A DNA stretch of 62,488 nucleotides, counting the filler. It is 14 parts of 14 records of this genome, joined end to end, with 100 filler letters (N's around TTAATTAATTAA, not from the genome) between each part and the next. Parts side by side here need not be neighbours in the genome. Positions count along the whole stretch, not along the records: positions 8,955 to 16,956 come from SRR11831585_350; positions 17,057 to 19,361 come from SRR11831585_353; positions 19,462 to 27,366 come from SRR11831585_356; 11 more parts are not named here. One strand, written 5' to 3'. Numbering within the stretch: the first letter of the stretch is position 1; each line of letters starts with the position of its first letter. This document shows positions 12,172-24,093 of the stretch, one piece after another. Position numbers and translations under genes: made by a program. The notes under the pieces were generated by a model that was not told the DNA's origin, did no database searches, and worked only from the letters and a program-made list of their open reading frames with translations.

Positions 12172-14847
12172 TTACTTCAACATATTACGAATGACATAAT
12201 GCAAAATGCCGTCGTTCTGGTAGTAGGTCAACTCCGTCGCGGTGTCGATACGACAACGGCAGGGTACGACTTCCTGGCTACCATCCGCGCGCGTAAGCGT
12301 CACCGGAACCGTCGCGCCGGGTTGTAGGTTTTGCAGATCGCCAATATCAATCTTCTCTTCCCCGGTTAGCCCTAACGTTTTACGCGTTACGCCTTGCGGA
12401 AATTCCAGCGGCAGGATGCCCATGCCAATTAAATTCGAACGGTGAATTCGTTCAAACGATTCGGCAATCACCACACGAATACCAAGCAGACGCGGACCTT
12501 TTGCCGCCCAGTCACGACTGGAGCCTGATCCATACTCTTTCCCGGCAATCACCGCCAGCGGCGTTTGCTCCTGCTTATAGCGCATCGCAGCATCATAAAT
12601 AGAGACTACGTCGCTGTCAGGTAAATGCCGCGTCATCCCCCCTTCAACGCCAGGCACCATTTCATTACGGATGCGAATATTGGCGAAGGTGCCGCGCATC
12701 ATCACTTCATGGTTACCACGCCGCGAACCGTAGGAGTTAAAGTCTTTTCGCTCAACACCCCGACCTTGTAGATATCGACCCGCTGGGCTGTCGGGCTTAA
12801 TACTGCCCGCCGGAGAGATATGGTCAGTGGTGACTGAATCCCCCAGCATTGCGAGGATCCGCGCACCGTGAATATCTTCCACTGGTGCTGGTGTTGCCTG
12901 CATTTCATCAAAGAAAGGCGATAAGCGAATATAGGTTGAGTCCTCCTGCCAACCGTAGGTATCGGATCGTGTGACGTTAATTCCCTTCCACTCTGCTGTG
13001 CCTTCAAAAACTTCTGCGTACTCTTTGCGGAACATTTCTGTGGAGACTTGTTCTACCGCACGGGCAATTTCTTGTGCCGATGGCCAGATATCTTTCAGAT
13101 AAACCGGATCGCCTTTGCGATCATGGCCGATAGGCTCAGAAGCCAGGTTGATATTCATATTTCCCGCCAGCGCATAGGCAACCACCAGCGGCGGCGAGGC
13201 CAGCCAGTTAGTTTTAACCAGCGGATGGATACGGCCTTCAAAGTTACGGTTGCCGGACAGCACCGCACCGACGGTTAAATCGCCTTTTTTGATTGCCGTT
13301 TCGATAGGATCGGGCAGCGGCCCAGAGTTACCAATACAGGTGGTACAACCGTATCCCACAAGGTTAAACCCCAGTTCGTCGAGATACGGTGTCAGTTTCG
13401 CTTTTGCCAGATAATCAGAAACGACTTTCGAACCCGGTGCCAGCGACGCTTTGACCCATGGTTGCCGCTTGAGGCCCAGAGTTACGGCTTTTTTCGCCAG
13501 CAAGCCTGCGGCCATCAGCACACTTGGGTTAGAGGTGTTGGTGCACGAGGTTATCGCAGCAATGACCACAGCGCCATCAGGTAACTGATACTGATGTCCG
13601 TTCATAACATAATCGACCGGCTGGCGATCTTTATGCGTGGCATTCACTTCCAGTTCGTTACTGGCGGCAAATGCTTTTGGTACATCGGGCAGTGCAACGC
13701 GATCCTGTGGGCGTTTAGGCCCTGCCAGGCTCGCTTCAACGTCATTCATATCCAGTTCTAACGTACTGGTAAAAATTGGTTCATCGCCCGGGTTACGCCA
13801 CATGCCCTGCGCTTTGGCATATTTTTCGACCAACTCGACCTGATCTTCGCTGCGCCCGCTTAAACGCATGTAATCGAGGGTTACAGCATCGATTGGGAAG
13901 AAGCCACAGGTGGCACCATATTCTGGCGACATATTGGCAATGGTGGCGCGATCCGCCAACGGTAGTGAATCCAGACCATCACCATAAAATTCGACGAATT
14001 TCCCCACCACGCCATGTTTGCGCAGCATTTGGGTAACAGTGAGAACCAGGTCTGTGGCGGTAATACCTTCACGTAATTTTCCGGTAAGTTTGAAGCCCAC
14101 TACATCCGGGATAAGCATGGAAACCGGCTGGCCTAACATTGCGGCTTCTGCTTCGATCCCACCAACGCCCCACCCCAGCACGCCAAGGCCGTTGATCATG
14201 GTGGTGTGCGAGTCAGTACCAACGAGTGTATCCGGATAAGCAATCCATTCACCGTCCTGCAATTCACTCCACACTGCTTTGCCGAGATATTCGAGGTTAA
14301 CCTGATGGCAAATGCCTGTGCCTGACGGCACGACGCTAAACCGACTGAACGCTTGCTTTCCCCATTTCAGGAACACATAACGTTCGTGGTTGCGCTCCAT
14401 TTCCAGGCGTACGTTTTCTTCAAATGCCTCATCATCACCAAAACGATCGACGGTCACCGAGTGGTCAATGACCAGGTCGACCGGTGAGAGCGGGTTAACC
14501 TTTGCAGTATCGCCGCCGAGGCGTTTAACCGCTTCGCGCATTGCCGCCAGATCAACAACGGCAGGTACGCCGGTAAAGTCCTGCATCAGCACCCTTGCCG
14601 GGCGGTAGGCAATTTCACGGTCAGCATGGGCATTTTTCAGCCATCCTGCCAGCGCGTGGATATCCTCTTCGGTAACCGAGTTACCATCCTGCCAGCGCAG
14701 CAGGTTTTCGAGCAAAACTTTGAGTGACTTGGGTAGACGGGTGATATCGCCCAGTGATTTAGCAGCAAGCGGCAGGCTGTAGTAGTGGTAAGTTTTATCT
14801 TTGGCCTGCAACGTGTCCTTACTGGCTTCTCGTAGGGTTGACGACAT
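12172..14847 (-). CDS. acnA: Aconitate hydratase A
   Basis: 891 aa; [39 protein letters not shown] motifs. Confidence 0.99.
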   Translation of the reverse strand: MSSTLREASKDTLQAKDKTYHYYSLPLAAKSLGDITRLPKSLKVLLENLLRWQDGNSVTEEDIHALAGWLKNAHADREIAYRPARVLMQDFTGVPAVVDLAAMREAVKRLGGDTAKVNPLSPVDLVIDHSVTVDRFGDDEAFEENVRLEMERNHERYVFLKWGKQAFSRFSVVPSGTGICHQVNLEYLGKAVWSELQDGEWIAYPDTLVGTDSHTTMINGLGVLGWGVGGIEAEAAMLGQPVSMLIPDVVGFKLTGKLREGITATDLVLTVTQMLRKHGVVGKFVEFYGDGLDSLPLADRATIANMSPEYGATCGFFPIDAVTLDYMRLSGRSEDQVELVEKYAKAQGMWRNPGDEPIFTSTLELDMNDVEASLAGPKRPQDRVALPDVPKAFAASNELEVNATHKDRQPVDYVMNGHQYQLPDGAVVIAAITSCTNTSNPSVLMAAGLLAKKAVTLGLKRQPWVKASLAPGSKVVSDYLAKAKLTPYLDELGFNLVGYGCTTCIGNSGPLPDPIETAIKKGDLTVGAVLSGNRNFEGRIHPLVKTNWLASPPLVVAYALAGNMNINLASEPIGHDRKGDPVYLKDIWPSAQEIARAVEQVSTEMFRKEYAEVFEGTAEWKGINVTRSDTYGWQEDSTYIRLSPFFDEMQATPAPVEDIHGARILAMLGDSVTTDHISPAGSIKPDSPAGRYLQGRGVERKDFNSYGSRRGNHEVMMRGTFANIRIRNEMVPGVEGGMTRHLPDSDVVSIYDAAMRYKQEQTPLAVIAGKEYGSGSSRDWAAKGPRLLGIRVVIAESFERIHRSNLIGMGILPLEFPQGVTRKTLGLTGEEKIDIGDLQNLQPGATVPVTLTRADGSQEVVPCRCRIDTATELTYYQNDGILHYVIRNMLK

Positions 14848-15010
14848 AGCTCCTCCTTAATGACAGGGTTGCGAAGCCCTGATTCTCTTCAGGGTGAATA
14901 TTAAAGATAACACAAACATCGCGTAACGATTTGATAACAACCCAAATTGATAAAAGAGGAGAAACCTTGTGGCAAAGCAAATGACAACCCCGCCGCAGCG
15001 GGGTCAAGGA

Positions 15011-15106
15011 TCAGTGAGTAATGATCCAGAGGAGTTCGGCCCAGAAGAGCATCGACAGAGAAAACGCGCCCATCCAGGACCAATATTTCATATTTGTGTT
15101 GATCAT
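15011..15106 (-). CDS. ymiC: Small membrane protein (31 aa)
   Basis: Hand translation MINTNMKYWSWMGAFSLSMLFWAELLWIITH*, upstream of acnA. Confidence 0.75.
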   Translation of the reverse strand: MINTNMKYWSWMGAFSLSMLFWAELLWIITH

Positions 15107-15219
15107 AGGCTACACCCTTAACGGTTATTATTTTGTGTTGAGATAACTCAAGCTGTTATTGCTGCGGTGTATTAAAAGCCCTTTAATTCATTAAAAATGG
15201 GTAATAAGAATGATGATAA

Positions 15220-15387
15220 TTATTGTTTCGGCTGATCATCTTCAGCAAACAGTTCTATAAAGGCTTGCTGCTGCGATGTTAGTTGCCAGTCGTCTGGAAT
15301 AACGACGGAACATTCCCGTTTCGTTTCTGTTTCATTGTCACTATGCTGGCATAATGGTGACGACTCCAGTTGCTCCTGACCGACCAT
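15220..15387 (-). CDS. yciX: Small protein YciX (55 aa)
   Basis: MVGQEQLESSPLCQHSDNE...; E. coli gene order cysB-ymiA-yciX-acnA. Confidence 0.8.
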   Translation of the reverse strand: MVGQEQLESSPLCQHSDNETETKRECSVVIPDDWQLTSQQQAFIELFAEDDQPKQ

Positions 15388-15389
15388 AG

Positions 15390-15530
15390 TTATCCCCACA
15401 CTTTCCAAATCAGCAGTGCGACAACCACCCAGAAAAGTGCAGAACCAAGAAAAACCGCCAGCCAGGCTTTACGTTTTAATTCAGGATCGCGGCGGGGTTC
15501 CTGATTTCCAGAAGGCATTGCTAACCTCAT
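15390..15530 (-). CDS. ymiA: Small membrane protein (46 aa)
   Basis: Hand translation MRLAMPSGNQEPRRDPELKRKAWLAVFLGSALFWVVVALLIWKVWG*. Confidence 0.85.
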   Translation of the reverse strand: MRLAMPSGNQEPRRDPELKRKAWLAVFLGSALFWVVVALLIWKVWG

Positions 15531-15848
15531 ATAATCGCCATCACTTATCAGCAAAACGTTGAACGATTGGTGTAATTAATCATACGATGAGACAAATCCT
15601 AAAGAAACTTTAGTCAAAAATCCAGCGAATTTACGAATCGTCTCCAGTGAATAATTCAATCTTTTGACCTGAAATAGATATTTGAAAACTGGAGTTTGCG
15701 AGGCGGGTAATTAGACACTACTTTACAGGTAATTTACCCTATAAATATGAGGGATAAAAATATTGTGCACGGTATAGAAATAAGTAACAAAAGAGAATAT
15801 ATTCCGGCACCTTCGCTACATAAAAGGTGCCGAAAATAACGCAAGAAA

Positions 15849-16847
<999 letters not shown>

Positions 16848-17076
16848 TCAGAACATCGTTTTTTCGTCACACCTGGCGGGTGACTAATACGATTTAATAA
16901 TAAAAAAGGTGCTAACTATAACCACTATATCATTTATAGCCTTAGTGTATAGGTGTNNNNNNNNNNNNNNNNNNNNNNNNNNNNNNNNNNNNNNNNNNNN
17001 TTAATTAATTAANNNNNNNNNNNNNNNNNNNNNNNNNNNNNNNNNNNNNNNNNNNNCGTTTGGCTCATCCCCGCAG

Positions 17077-17834
17077 ATTATTTGTGTAAAGTCTCCGATA
17101 ACGTTTATGGCATCGACTTCGTCTACTTTCGCATCAAAGATGCGGACTCCGGGAAGGTGGTATTTGAAATAAGGAAGCCAGATCTACCTGCAGGCTTTGT
17201 GGCAGCGGAGCCGGACGACAATGACAACAGCTGGCGATGCATTCGATATCAGTTCCCGAAGGAGTTTTTATCGTTCGAGACAGTGAGTACCACGTACGTG
17301 TGACTGATCGAGCCCGGCGTCTCACTCTCTCGTGCTAGCCTTGAGTTCAAAGTGGGAAAGGCGGGATGTCCAAACTTTCGGATGATAGAGCGGCACTATT
17401 TCCGCGGGTCCTTGGTGCAAAGTTACGATTTCAAGTTTGGGTACGTGATTGAGCCCTCCCTTTCTCGATACATGCGGTGCACAGTCTCCGAACCGTGTGC
17501 GAGAGATAGAATACGAACGAACAGAACCGTAATGAGAACACTGCATGTAGGTTTTGTATTCCCGGCTCGACAAATACGTGGGAGGCAGTGTATCCAATGC
17601 CGCCCGTAGGCAAAGATGTGAGTACGTGACAGTACCGTTGTTGCTGTGTTTCATGTTTGTGTTCTTCGTGATTTGTTTGCGTTGCGGTATGTGTAATGTA
17701 CGTTGTCTCACCGGCATGTGCTTGCACTAGTTGCACAAATGATCGCGAACCCGTACGAGACAAAGAGCGACAGTTTCTATTTTGTAAACGACCAACTTAT
17801 TATGCACAACAAGGCCGAGTACGCCTACATTTAG
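17077..17834 (+). CDS. UNC119: Eukaryotic UNC119 homolog (lipidated-cargo carrier), spliced, 5' truncated
   Basis: Exons 17077-17293, 17339-17440, 17551-17621 and 17731-17834 joined at GT..AG give [21 protein letters not shown]...LEFKVG...[11 protein letters not shown]...[13 protein letters not shown]...[26 protein letters not shown]. Confidence 0.93.
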
Positions 17835-18131
17835 AAAAGTGAGACAACAATTACGCAGGCGTGTGGGTGCGGTAATATATTGGGAGCGCGGTAGTAATGT
17901 AGAGGGGCGAGGAGCCGTCTTCAGCATAAGTATAAACGCTCTGTTATGTGATTCCCTGAGGCACACACGGAACTGGAGGCTACGAGAACCGGTATGGAAC
18001 GGAACGCACGAAGACGTGTGCATTTATGCTATATACGACAGCGCAAAACGAACGCACACGCAACACGCCTCAAACAAAACAAACAACTCGAGTTCCTTCT
18101 CCCTGCGGGTGGGCAGCGGGCTGCGCGGTTC

Positions 18132-18898
18132 TTACTCCGACTCGGGGCGGCGATCCAACGCAATCACAGAGCCGCCTGCACGTACACGCACCCCACCCCA
18201 CACACAAGACACAATATTGAGCAAAAGGCAAGATACACCCCCGTTCAATGCTACCAAACCACACGACAGATGAACATGGCACGACAAAACCAAGTTGCAC
18301 ACATACCGCGGCGGCGCTGCACGACGACCTCTGTCAGGGTGCGCTCCTGGTTCTGCGCGTCCTGGTACTTGCGGTGCCGCAGCGCACCGTCCACATACAC
18401 CTTGGTGCTGCACACACAAACACGTCAGCCACACACAGAACGCGGGTCCACAGTGTGAATGGCGTACCCTTTCTTGAGAATGTTGCACAGCACCTCGGCG
18501 TACTTGCTGTCCATCACGGTCACGCGGTGCCAGTCGGTGCGGCTCTGGACTTGACCCTCGGGAGTTTTATACGTGTCGTCCGTGGCCACGTTCAGGATCG
18601 CGATGGAGTTTTCATCAAATGTCTTCTTGACGGGGTCCGCACCTTCATGGTCAACGGCCTCGTCAGTGATGTACCGCAATGACGGATCTGCAACGTACCC
18701 AGGCGCCCGACCAGTGTAACTCGGTTCACGGACCCGTGGAAGCCCGAAGATGGTGCAGCGGGAGCGTCTGCACAACACGGTCAGCGAATCGCAACGACGC
18801 ACCATGAACGAATTACCCGACAATTGCACAGCAGATGTGCGGAGGGTCCGGAGGCCGGAGAGGGCGGATTGCCGCACGAAAGTCAAAGTCCGCAGCAT
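18132..18898 (-). CDS. Mitochondrial single-stranded DNA-binding protein, 5 exons
   Basis: Arg/Leu/Ser-rich presequence, then SVNRVTLVGRLG-ADP...VATDD...TDWHRVTV...LKKGTKVYVDGALRHRKY...TEVVV (bacterial-type SSB OB fold); introns 18768-18816, 18643-18698 and two more. Confidence 0.88.
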
Positions 18899-19225
18899 GA
18901 TGCTTCACGAGAATGAAACTGCCTCCGCGGTTTCACGCAACGAGTTTTTTCAAACCCCGAATCATTCGGCAGGTTGTCAGCTTTGGAGGTGGTGATAGTT
19001 GTTGTCGTATCGTATGAGATAGAGGCACACATATCACACAGGAAAGAACGTGCGTGGTCTACTCCGAGGACAGCAGATAGCCAAAACCCTTTACGTGTGC
19101 GTCTGAACACGACGCAACAGTACGTGAAGCTTCTCCAGTGAAACTTGCACAACGCAAAACATCACAACCAACAAAGCGCAAGTCCGCCCATACAGGACAC
19201 CAACGCATGCATCACCACTCCTTGC

Positions 19226-19360
19226 TCACAGCTCATGATCTTGCTGCAGACGCTCCTCACGCATCTGCCTCGCACGGTTCATAGCTTCCTGTGCGCGCTG
19301 CATCGCTTCCTGTCGTGAAGCGCCGGCAGATCGATCGTGACTGCGATCGAACGCATCGGG
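19226..19360 (-). CDS. 3' end of a eukaryotic protein ending in an ER-retention-like signal
   Basis: PDAFDRSHDRSAGASRQEAMQRAQEAMNRARQMREERLQQDHEL*; open to the contig edge. Confidence 0.55.
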   Translation of the reverse strand, partial: PDAFDRSHDRSAGASRQEAMQRAQEAMNRARQMREERLQQDHEL

Positions 19361-19461
19361 GNNNNNNNNNNNNNNNNNNNNNNNNNNNNNNNNNNNNNNN
19401 NNNNNTTAATTAATTAANNNNNNNNNNNNNNNNNNNNNNNNNNNNNNNNNNNNNNNNNNNN

Positions 19462-19531
19462 ATAAGGCGTTTACGCCGCATCCGGCAACAGTGCCGACTA
19501 CCTGATGCGACGCTCGCGCGTCTTATCAGGC
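19462..19531. repeat. REP/BIME element
   Basis: ATAAGGCGTTTACGCCGCATCCGGCA followed by CCTGATGCGACGCT...TCTTATCAGG. Confidence 0.9.
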
Positions 19532-19595
19532 CGCCTCTCATCTGTATAAATTTCGAACTACACTTAACTGGCTTCTCTTAACTGAGGTCACCATC

Positions 19596-20039
19596 ATGCC
19601 GTTAAGTCCCTACCTCTCTTTTGCCGGTAACTGTTCCGACGCGATTGCCTATTATCAACGTACGTTGGGCGCGGAACTGCTCTATAAAATCAACTTCGGC
19701 GAAATGCCAAAATCAGCGCAGGACAGCGCCGAGAACTGCCCTTCCGGAATGCAATTTCCCGATACCGCCATCGCCCACGCCAATGTGCGCATTGCCGGAA
19801 GCGACATCATGATGAGCGATGCCATGCCGTCAGGAAAAGCCAGCTACTCCGGCTTTACGCTGGTGCTCGATTCGCAACAGGTCGAAGAAGGAAAACGCTG
19901 GTTTGACAATCTTGCCGCTAACGGAAAAATCGAAATGGCCTGGCAGGAAACTTTCTGGGCGCATGGCTTTGGCAAAGTCACCGATAAATTTGGCGTACCG
20001 TGGATGATTAATGTCGTCAAACAACAACCAACGCAATAA
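19596..20039 (+). CDS. yjdN: VOC/glyoxalase-like protein YjdN (PhnB)
   Basis: MPLSPYLSFAGNC...VTDKFGVPWMIN; upstream of phnC. Confidence 0.93.
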   Translation: MPLSPYLSFAGNCSDAIAYYQRTLGAELLYKINFGEMPKSAQDSAENCPSGMQFPDTAIAHANVRIAGSDIMMSDAMPSGKASYSGFTLVLDSQQVEEGKRWFDNLAANGKIEMAWQETFWAHGFGKVTDKFGVPWMINVVKQQPTQ

Positions 20040-20094
20040 CCCGCCGGGAGGCCCGCCCTCCCGCACTGTCATCGAATTCCCGTTAACTCTTCAT

Positions 20095-20112
20095 CTGTTA
20101 GTCACTTTTAAT
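20095..20112 (+). promoter_or_regulatory. Pho box of the phnC promoter
   Basis: CTGTTAGTCACTTTTAAT, two CTGTCAT-like half sites 11 bp apart. Confidence 0.75.
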
Positions 20113-20171
20113 TAACCAAATCGTCACAATAATCCGCCACGATGGAGCCACTTTTTTAGGGAGGCTGCATC

Positions 20172-20960
20172 ATGCAAACGATTATCCGTGTCGAGAAGCT
20201 CGCCAAAACCTTCAATCAGCATCAGGCGCTGCATGCGGTTGATCTGAACATTCATCACGGTGAAATGGTGGCTCTGCTTGGGCCGTCGGGTTCCGGAAAA
20301 TCCACCCTTTTACGTCACTTAAGCGGTTTGATTACCGGCGATAAATCTGTCGGTAGCCATATCGAGCTGCTGGGCCGCACAGTCCAGCGCGAAGGCCGCC
20401 TGGCCCGCGATATCCGCAAAAGCCGCGCCCATACCGGCTACATATTCCAACAATTCAACCTGGTGAACCGCCTGAGCGTACTGGAGAACGTGCTGATTGG
20501 CGCGCTCGGCAGCACGCCGTTCTGGCGCACCTGTTTTAGCTGGTTCACCGGCGAGCAGAAACAGCGCGCGTTACAGGCGCTGACCCGCGTTGGCATGGTG
20601 CATTTTGCCCATCAGCGCGTTTCCACCCTCTCCGGCGGCCAGCAGCAACGTGTGGCGATTGCCCGTGCGCTGATGCAGCAGGCGAAAGTGATTCTGGCCG
20701 ATGAACCCATCGCCTCGCTGGACCCAGAATCAGCGCGCATCGTGATGGACACCCTGCGCGACATCAACCAGAACGACGGCATCACCGTGGTCGTCACGCT
20801 GCATCAGGTGGATTACGCCCTGCGCTACTGCGAACGCATCGTCGCCCTGCGCCAGGGGCACGTCTTCTACGACGGCAGCAGCCAACAGTTTGATAACGAA
20901 CGTTTTGACCATCTCTACCGCAGCATTAACCGCGTCGAAGAGAACGCGAAAGCTGCCTGA
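20172..20960 (+). CDS. phnC: Phosphonate ABC transporter ATPase
   Basis: [26 protein letters not shown]. Confidence 0.97.
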   Translation: MQTIIRVEKLAKTFNQHQALHAVDLNIHHGEMVALLGPSGSGKSTLLRHLSGLITGDKSVGSHIELLGRTVQREGRLARDIRKSRAHTGYIFQQFNLVNRLSVLENVLIGALGSTPFWRTCFSWFTGEQKQRALQALTRVGMVHFAHQRVSTLSGGQQQRVAIARALMQQAKVILADEPIASLDPESARIVMDTLRDINQNDGITVVVTLHQVDYALRYCERIVALRQGHVFYDGSSQQFDNERFDHLYRSINRVEENAKAA

Positions 20961-20984
20961 CATCCCCATCATTGAGGAAAACGA

Positions 20985-22001
20985 ATGAACGCTAAGATAA
21001 TTGCCTCGCTGGCCTTCACCAGCATGTTCAGCCTCAGCACCCTGTTAAGCCCGGCGCACGCCGAAGAGCAGGAAAAGGCGTTGAATTTCGGCATTATTTC
21101 AACGGAATCACAGCAAAACCTGAAACCGCAATGGACGCCGTTCTTGCAGGATATGGAGAAGAAGCTGGGCGTGAAGGTCAACGCCTTCTTTGCCCCGGAC
21201 TACGCGGGCATTATCCAGGGGATGCGCTTCAATAAAGTGGATATCGCCTGGTACGGCAATCTGTCGGCGATGGAAGCGGTGGATCGCGCCAATGGCCAGG
21301 TCTTCGCCCAGACGGTCGCGGCGGATGGATCGCCGGGTTACTGGAGCGTGTTGATCGTCAACAAAGACAGTCCGATCAACAACCTGAACGATCTGCTGGC
21401 GAAGCGGAAAGATCTCACCTTTGGCAATGGCGATCCTAACTCCACCTCTGGCTTCCTCGTCCCCGGCTACTACGTCTTCGCCAAAAACAATATCTCCGCC
21501 AGCGACTTCAAGCGCACCGTCAACGCCGGGCATGAAACCAACGCGCTGGCCGTCGCCAACAAGCAGGTGGATGTTGCCACCAACAACACCGAAAACCTCG
21601 ACAAGCTGAAAACCTCCGCGCCAGAGAAGCTGAAAGAACTGAAGGTGATCTGGAAGTCGCCGCTGATCCCAGGCGATCCGATCGTCTGGCGCAAGAATCT
21701 TTCCGAAACCACCAAAGACAAGATCTACGACTTCTTTATGAACTACGGCAAAACGCCGGAAGAAAAAGCGGTGCTGGAACGCCTGGGCTGGGCGCCATTC
21801 CGCGCTTCCAGCGACCTGCAACTGGTGCCGATTCGCCAGCTCGCGCTGTTTAAAGAGATGCAGGGCGTGAAAAGCAATAAAGGACTGAATGAGCAGGACA
21901 AGCTGGCAAAAACCACCGAGATTCAGGCGCAGCTGGATGACCTGGACCGCCTGAACAACGCGCTAAGCGCGATGAGTTCGGTGAGTAAAGCGGTGCAGTA
22001 A
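20985..22001 (+). CDS. phnD: Phosphonate ABC transporter substrate-binding protein
   Basis: Signal peptide; STSG motif; 338 aa. Confidence 0.97.
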   Translation: MNAKIIASLAFTSMFSLSTLLSPAHAEEQEKALNFGIISTESQQNLKPQWTPFLQDMEKKLGVKVNAFFAPDYAGIIQGMRFNKVDIAWYGNLSAMEAVDRANGQVFAQTVAADGSPGYWSVLIVNKDSPINNLNDLLAKRKDLTFGNGDPNSTSGFLVPGYYVFAKNNISASDFKRTVNAGHETNALAVANKQVDVATNNTENLDKLKTSAPEKLKELKVIWKSPLIPGDPIVWRKNLSETTKDKIYDFFMNYGKTPEEKAVLERLGWAPFRASSDLQLVPIRQLALFKEMQGVKSNKGLNEQDKLAKTTEIQAQLDDLDRLNNALSAMSSVSKAVQ

Positions 22002-22005
22002 ATCG

Positions 22006-22092
22006 TAGGTCGGATAAGACGCCCCGGCGTCGCATCCGACAATGTGCAGGCGTTGATGCCGGATGCGGTGCAAGCACCTTATCCGGCCTACA
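22006..22092. repeat. BIME (two REPs) between phnD and phnE
   Basis: GTAGGTCGGATAAGACGCC...GCATCCGAC and GCCGGATGCGGTGCAAGCACCTTATCCGGCCTAC. Confidence 0.88.
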
Positions 22093-22106
22093 GACCGGAG
22101 CCAAAC

Positions 22107-22894
22107 ATGCAAACCATCACCATCGCCCCACCCAAGCGCAGCTGGTTCTCGCTTCTGAGCTGGGCCGTTGTACTCGCCGTGTTGGTCGTCTCGTGGCAGG
22201 GCGCGGAAATGGCCCCGCTTACGCTGATCAAAGACGGCGGCAACATGGCGACGTTCGCCGCCGACTTCTTCCCGCCCGATTTCAGCCAGTGGCAGGATTA
22301 CCTCACCGAAATGGCCGTCACGCTGCAAATCGCCGTCTGGGGCACCGCGCTGGCGGTGGTTCTCTCCATCCCCTTTGGCCTGATGAGCGCCGAAAACCTG
22401 GTGCCGTGGTGGGTTTACCAGCCCGTTCGCCGCCTGATGGACGCCTGCCGCGCCATTAACGAAATGGTCTTCGCCATGCTGTTCGTGGTCGCCGTCGGCC
22501 TCGGCCCGTTCGCTGGCGTGCTGGCGTGCTGGCGCTGTTTATCCACACCACCGGCGTGCTCTCCAAGCTGCTTTCCGAAGCGGTGGAAGCGATTGAGCCC
22601 GGCCCGGTGGAAGGCATTCGCGCCACCGGTGCCAACAAGCTCGAAGAGATCCTCTACGGCGTGCTGCCACAGGTGATGCCACTGCTGATCTCCTACTCCC
22701 TCTATCGCTTCGAATCCAACGTCCGCTCGGCAACCGTCGTCGGCATGGTCGGCGCAGGCGGGATCGGCGTCACCCTGTGGGAAGCGATTCGCGGTTTCCA
22801 GTTCCAACAAACCTGCGCCCTGATGGTGCTTATCATCGTCACGGTCAGCCTGCTGGATTTCCTCTCTCAACGGTTGCGTAAGCACTTTATCTGA
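22107..22894 (+). pseudogene. phnE: Phosphonate permease, frameshifted by an 8-bp insertion (cryptic K-12 allele)
   Basis: CGCTGGCG-TGCTGGCG-TGCTGGCG at 22511-22534; N- and C-terminal halves are in different frames and removing one octamer joins them. Confidence 0.95.
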
Positions 22895-22914
22895 TAAGCG
22901 AGGCATTGATATCT

Positions 22915-23640
22915 ATGCACTTGTCTACACATCCGACCAGCTACCCAACACGCTATCAAGAGATAGCCGCAAAACTTGAGCAGGAGCTTCGTCAACACTA
23001 CCGCTGCGGCGACTATCTTCCCGCCGAGCAGCAACTGGCAGCGCGCTTTGAGGTGAATCGCCACACCCTGCGCCGCGCCATCGACCAACTGGTGGAAAAA
23101 GGCTGGGTACAGCGCCGTCAGGGCGTCGGCGTGCTGGTGCTGATGCGCCCGTTCGATTACCCGCTCAACGCCCAGGCGCGTTTTAGCCAGAATCTGCTGG
23201 ATCAGGGCAGCCATCCCACCAGCGAAAAACTGCTTTCGGTATTGCGCCCCGCGTCCGGCCACGTCGCTGACGCACTGGGGATTACCGAGGGGGAGAACGT
23301 CATCCACCTGCGCACCCTGCGTCGTGTCAACGGCGTCGCGCTCTGTTTAATCGACCACTACTTCGCGGACCTCACCCTCTGGCCGACGCTGCAACGCTTC
23401 GACAGCGGCTCGCTGCACGATTTTCTGCGCGAGCAAACCGGAATTGCGCTGCGCCGCAGCCAGACGCGGATCAGCGCCCGCCGCGCCCAGGCCAAAGAGT
23501 GCCAGCGTCTTGAAATCCCGAATATGTCGCCGCTGCTGTGCGTGCGCACCCTTAACCACCGTGACGGTGAAAGCAGCCCGGCGGAGTACTCCGTCAGCCT
23601 GACGCGCGCCGACATGATTGAATTCACTATGGAGCACTGA
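22915..23640 (+). CDS. phnF: GntR/HutC-family regulator
   Basis: MHLSTHPTSYPTRYQEIA...LPAEQQLAARFEVNRHTLRRA. Confidence 0.95.
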   Translation: MHLSTHPTSYPTRYQEIAAKLEQELRQHYRCGDYLPAEQQLAARFEVNRHTLRRAIDQLVEKGWVQRRQGVGVLVLMRPFDYPLNAQARFSQNLLDQGSHPTSEKLLSVLRPASGHVADALGITEGENVIHLRTLRRVNGVALCLIDHYFADLTLWPTLQRFDSGSLHDFLREQTGIALRRSQTRISARRAQAKECQRLEIPNMSPLLCVRTLNHRDGESSPAEYSVSLTRADMIEFTMEH

Positions 23641-24093
23641 ATGCACGCAGATACCGCGACCCGCCAGCACTGGATGTCCGTGCTGGCGCACAGCCAACCG
23701 GCTGAACTGGCAGCACGCCTGAACGCGCTAAACATCACCGCCGACTATGAGGTGATCCGCGCCGCTGAAACTGGCCTGGTACAGATTCAGGCGCGGATGG
23801 GCGGCACCGGCGAACGTTTTTTTGCCGGCGACGCCACGCTGACCCGCGCCGCCGTGCGCCTGACTGACGGCACGCTCGGCTACAGCTGGGTGCAGGGGCG
23901 TGATAAACAGCACGCCGAACGCTGCGCGCTGATTGACGCGCTGATGCAGCAATCTCGCCACTTTCAAAACTTATCAGAAACCCTTATTGCCCCGCTGGAC
24001 GCTGACCGTATGGCACGCATTGCCGCACGCCAGGCCGAAGTGAACGCCAGCCGGGTCGACTTCTTTACGATGGTTCGCGGAGACAACGCATGA
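23641..24093 (+). CDS. phnG: C-P lyase subunit
   Basis: 150 aa, operon position, ...[10 protein letters not shown]. Confidence 0.95.
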   Translation: MHADTATRQHWMSVLAHSQPAELAARLNALNITADYEVIRAAETGLVQIQARMGGTGERFFAGDATLTRAAVRLTDGTLGYSWVQGRDKQHAERCALIDALMQQSRHFQNLSETLIAPLDADRMARIAARQAEVNASRVDFFTMVRGDNA

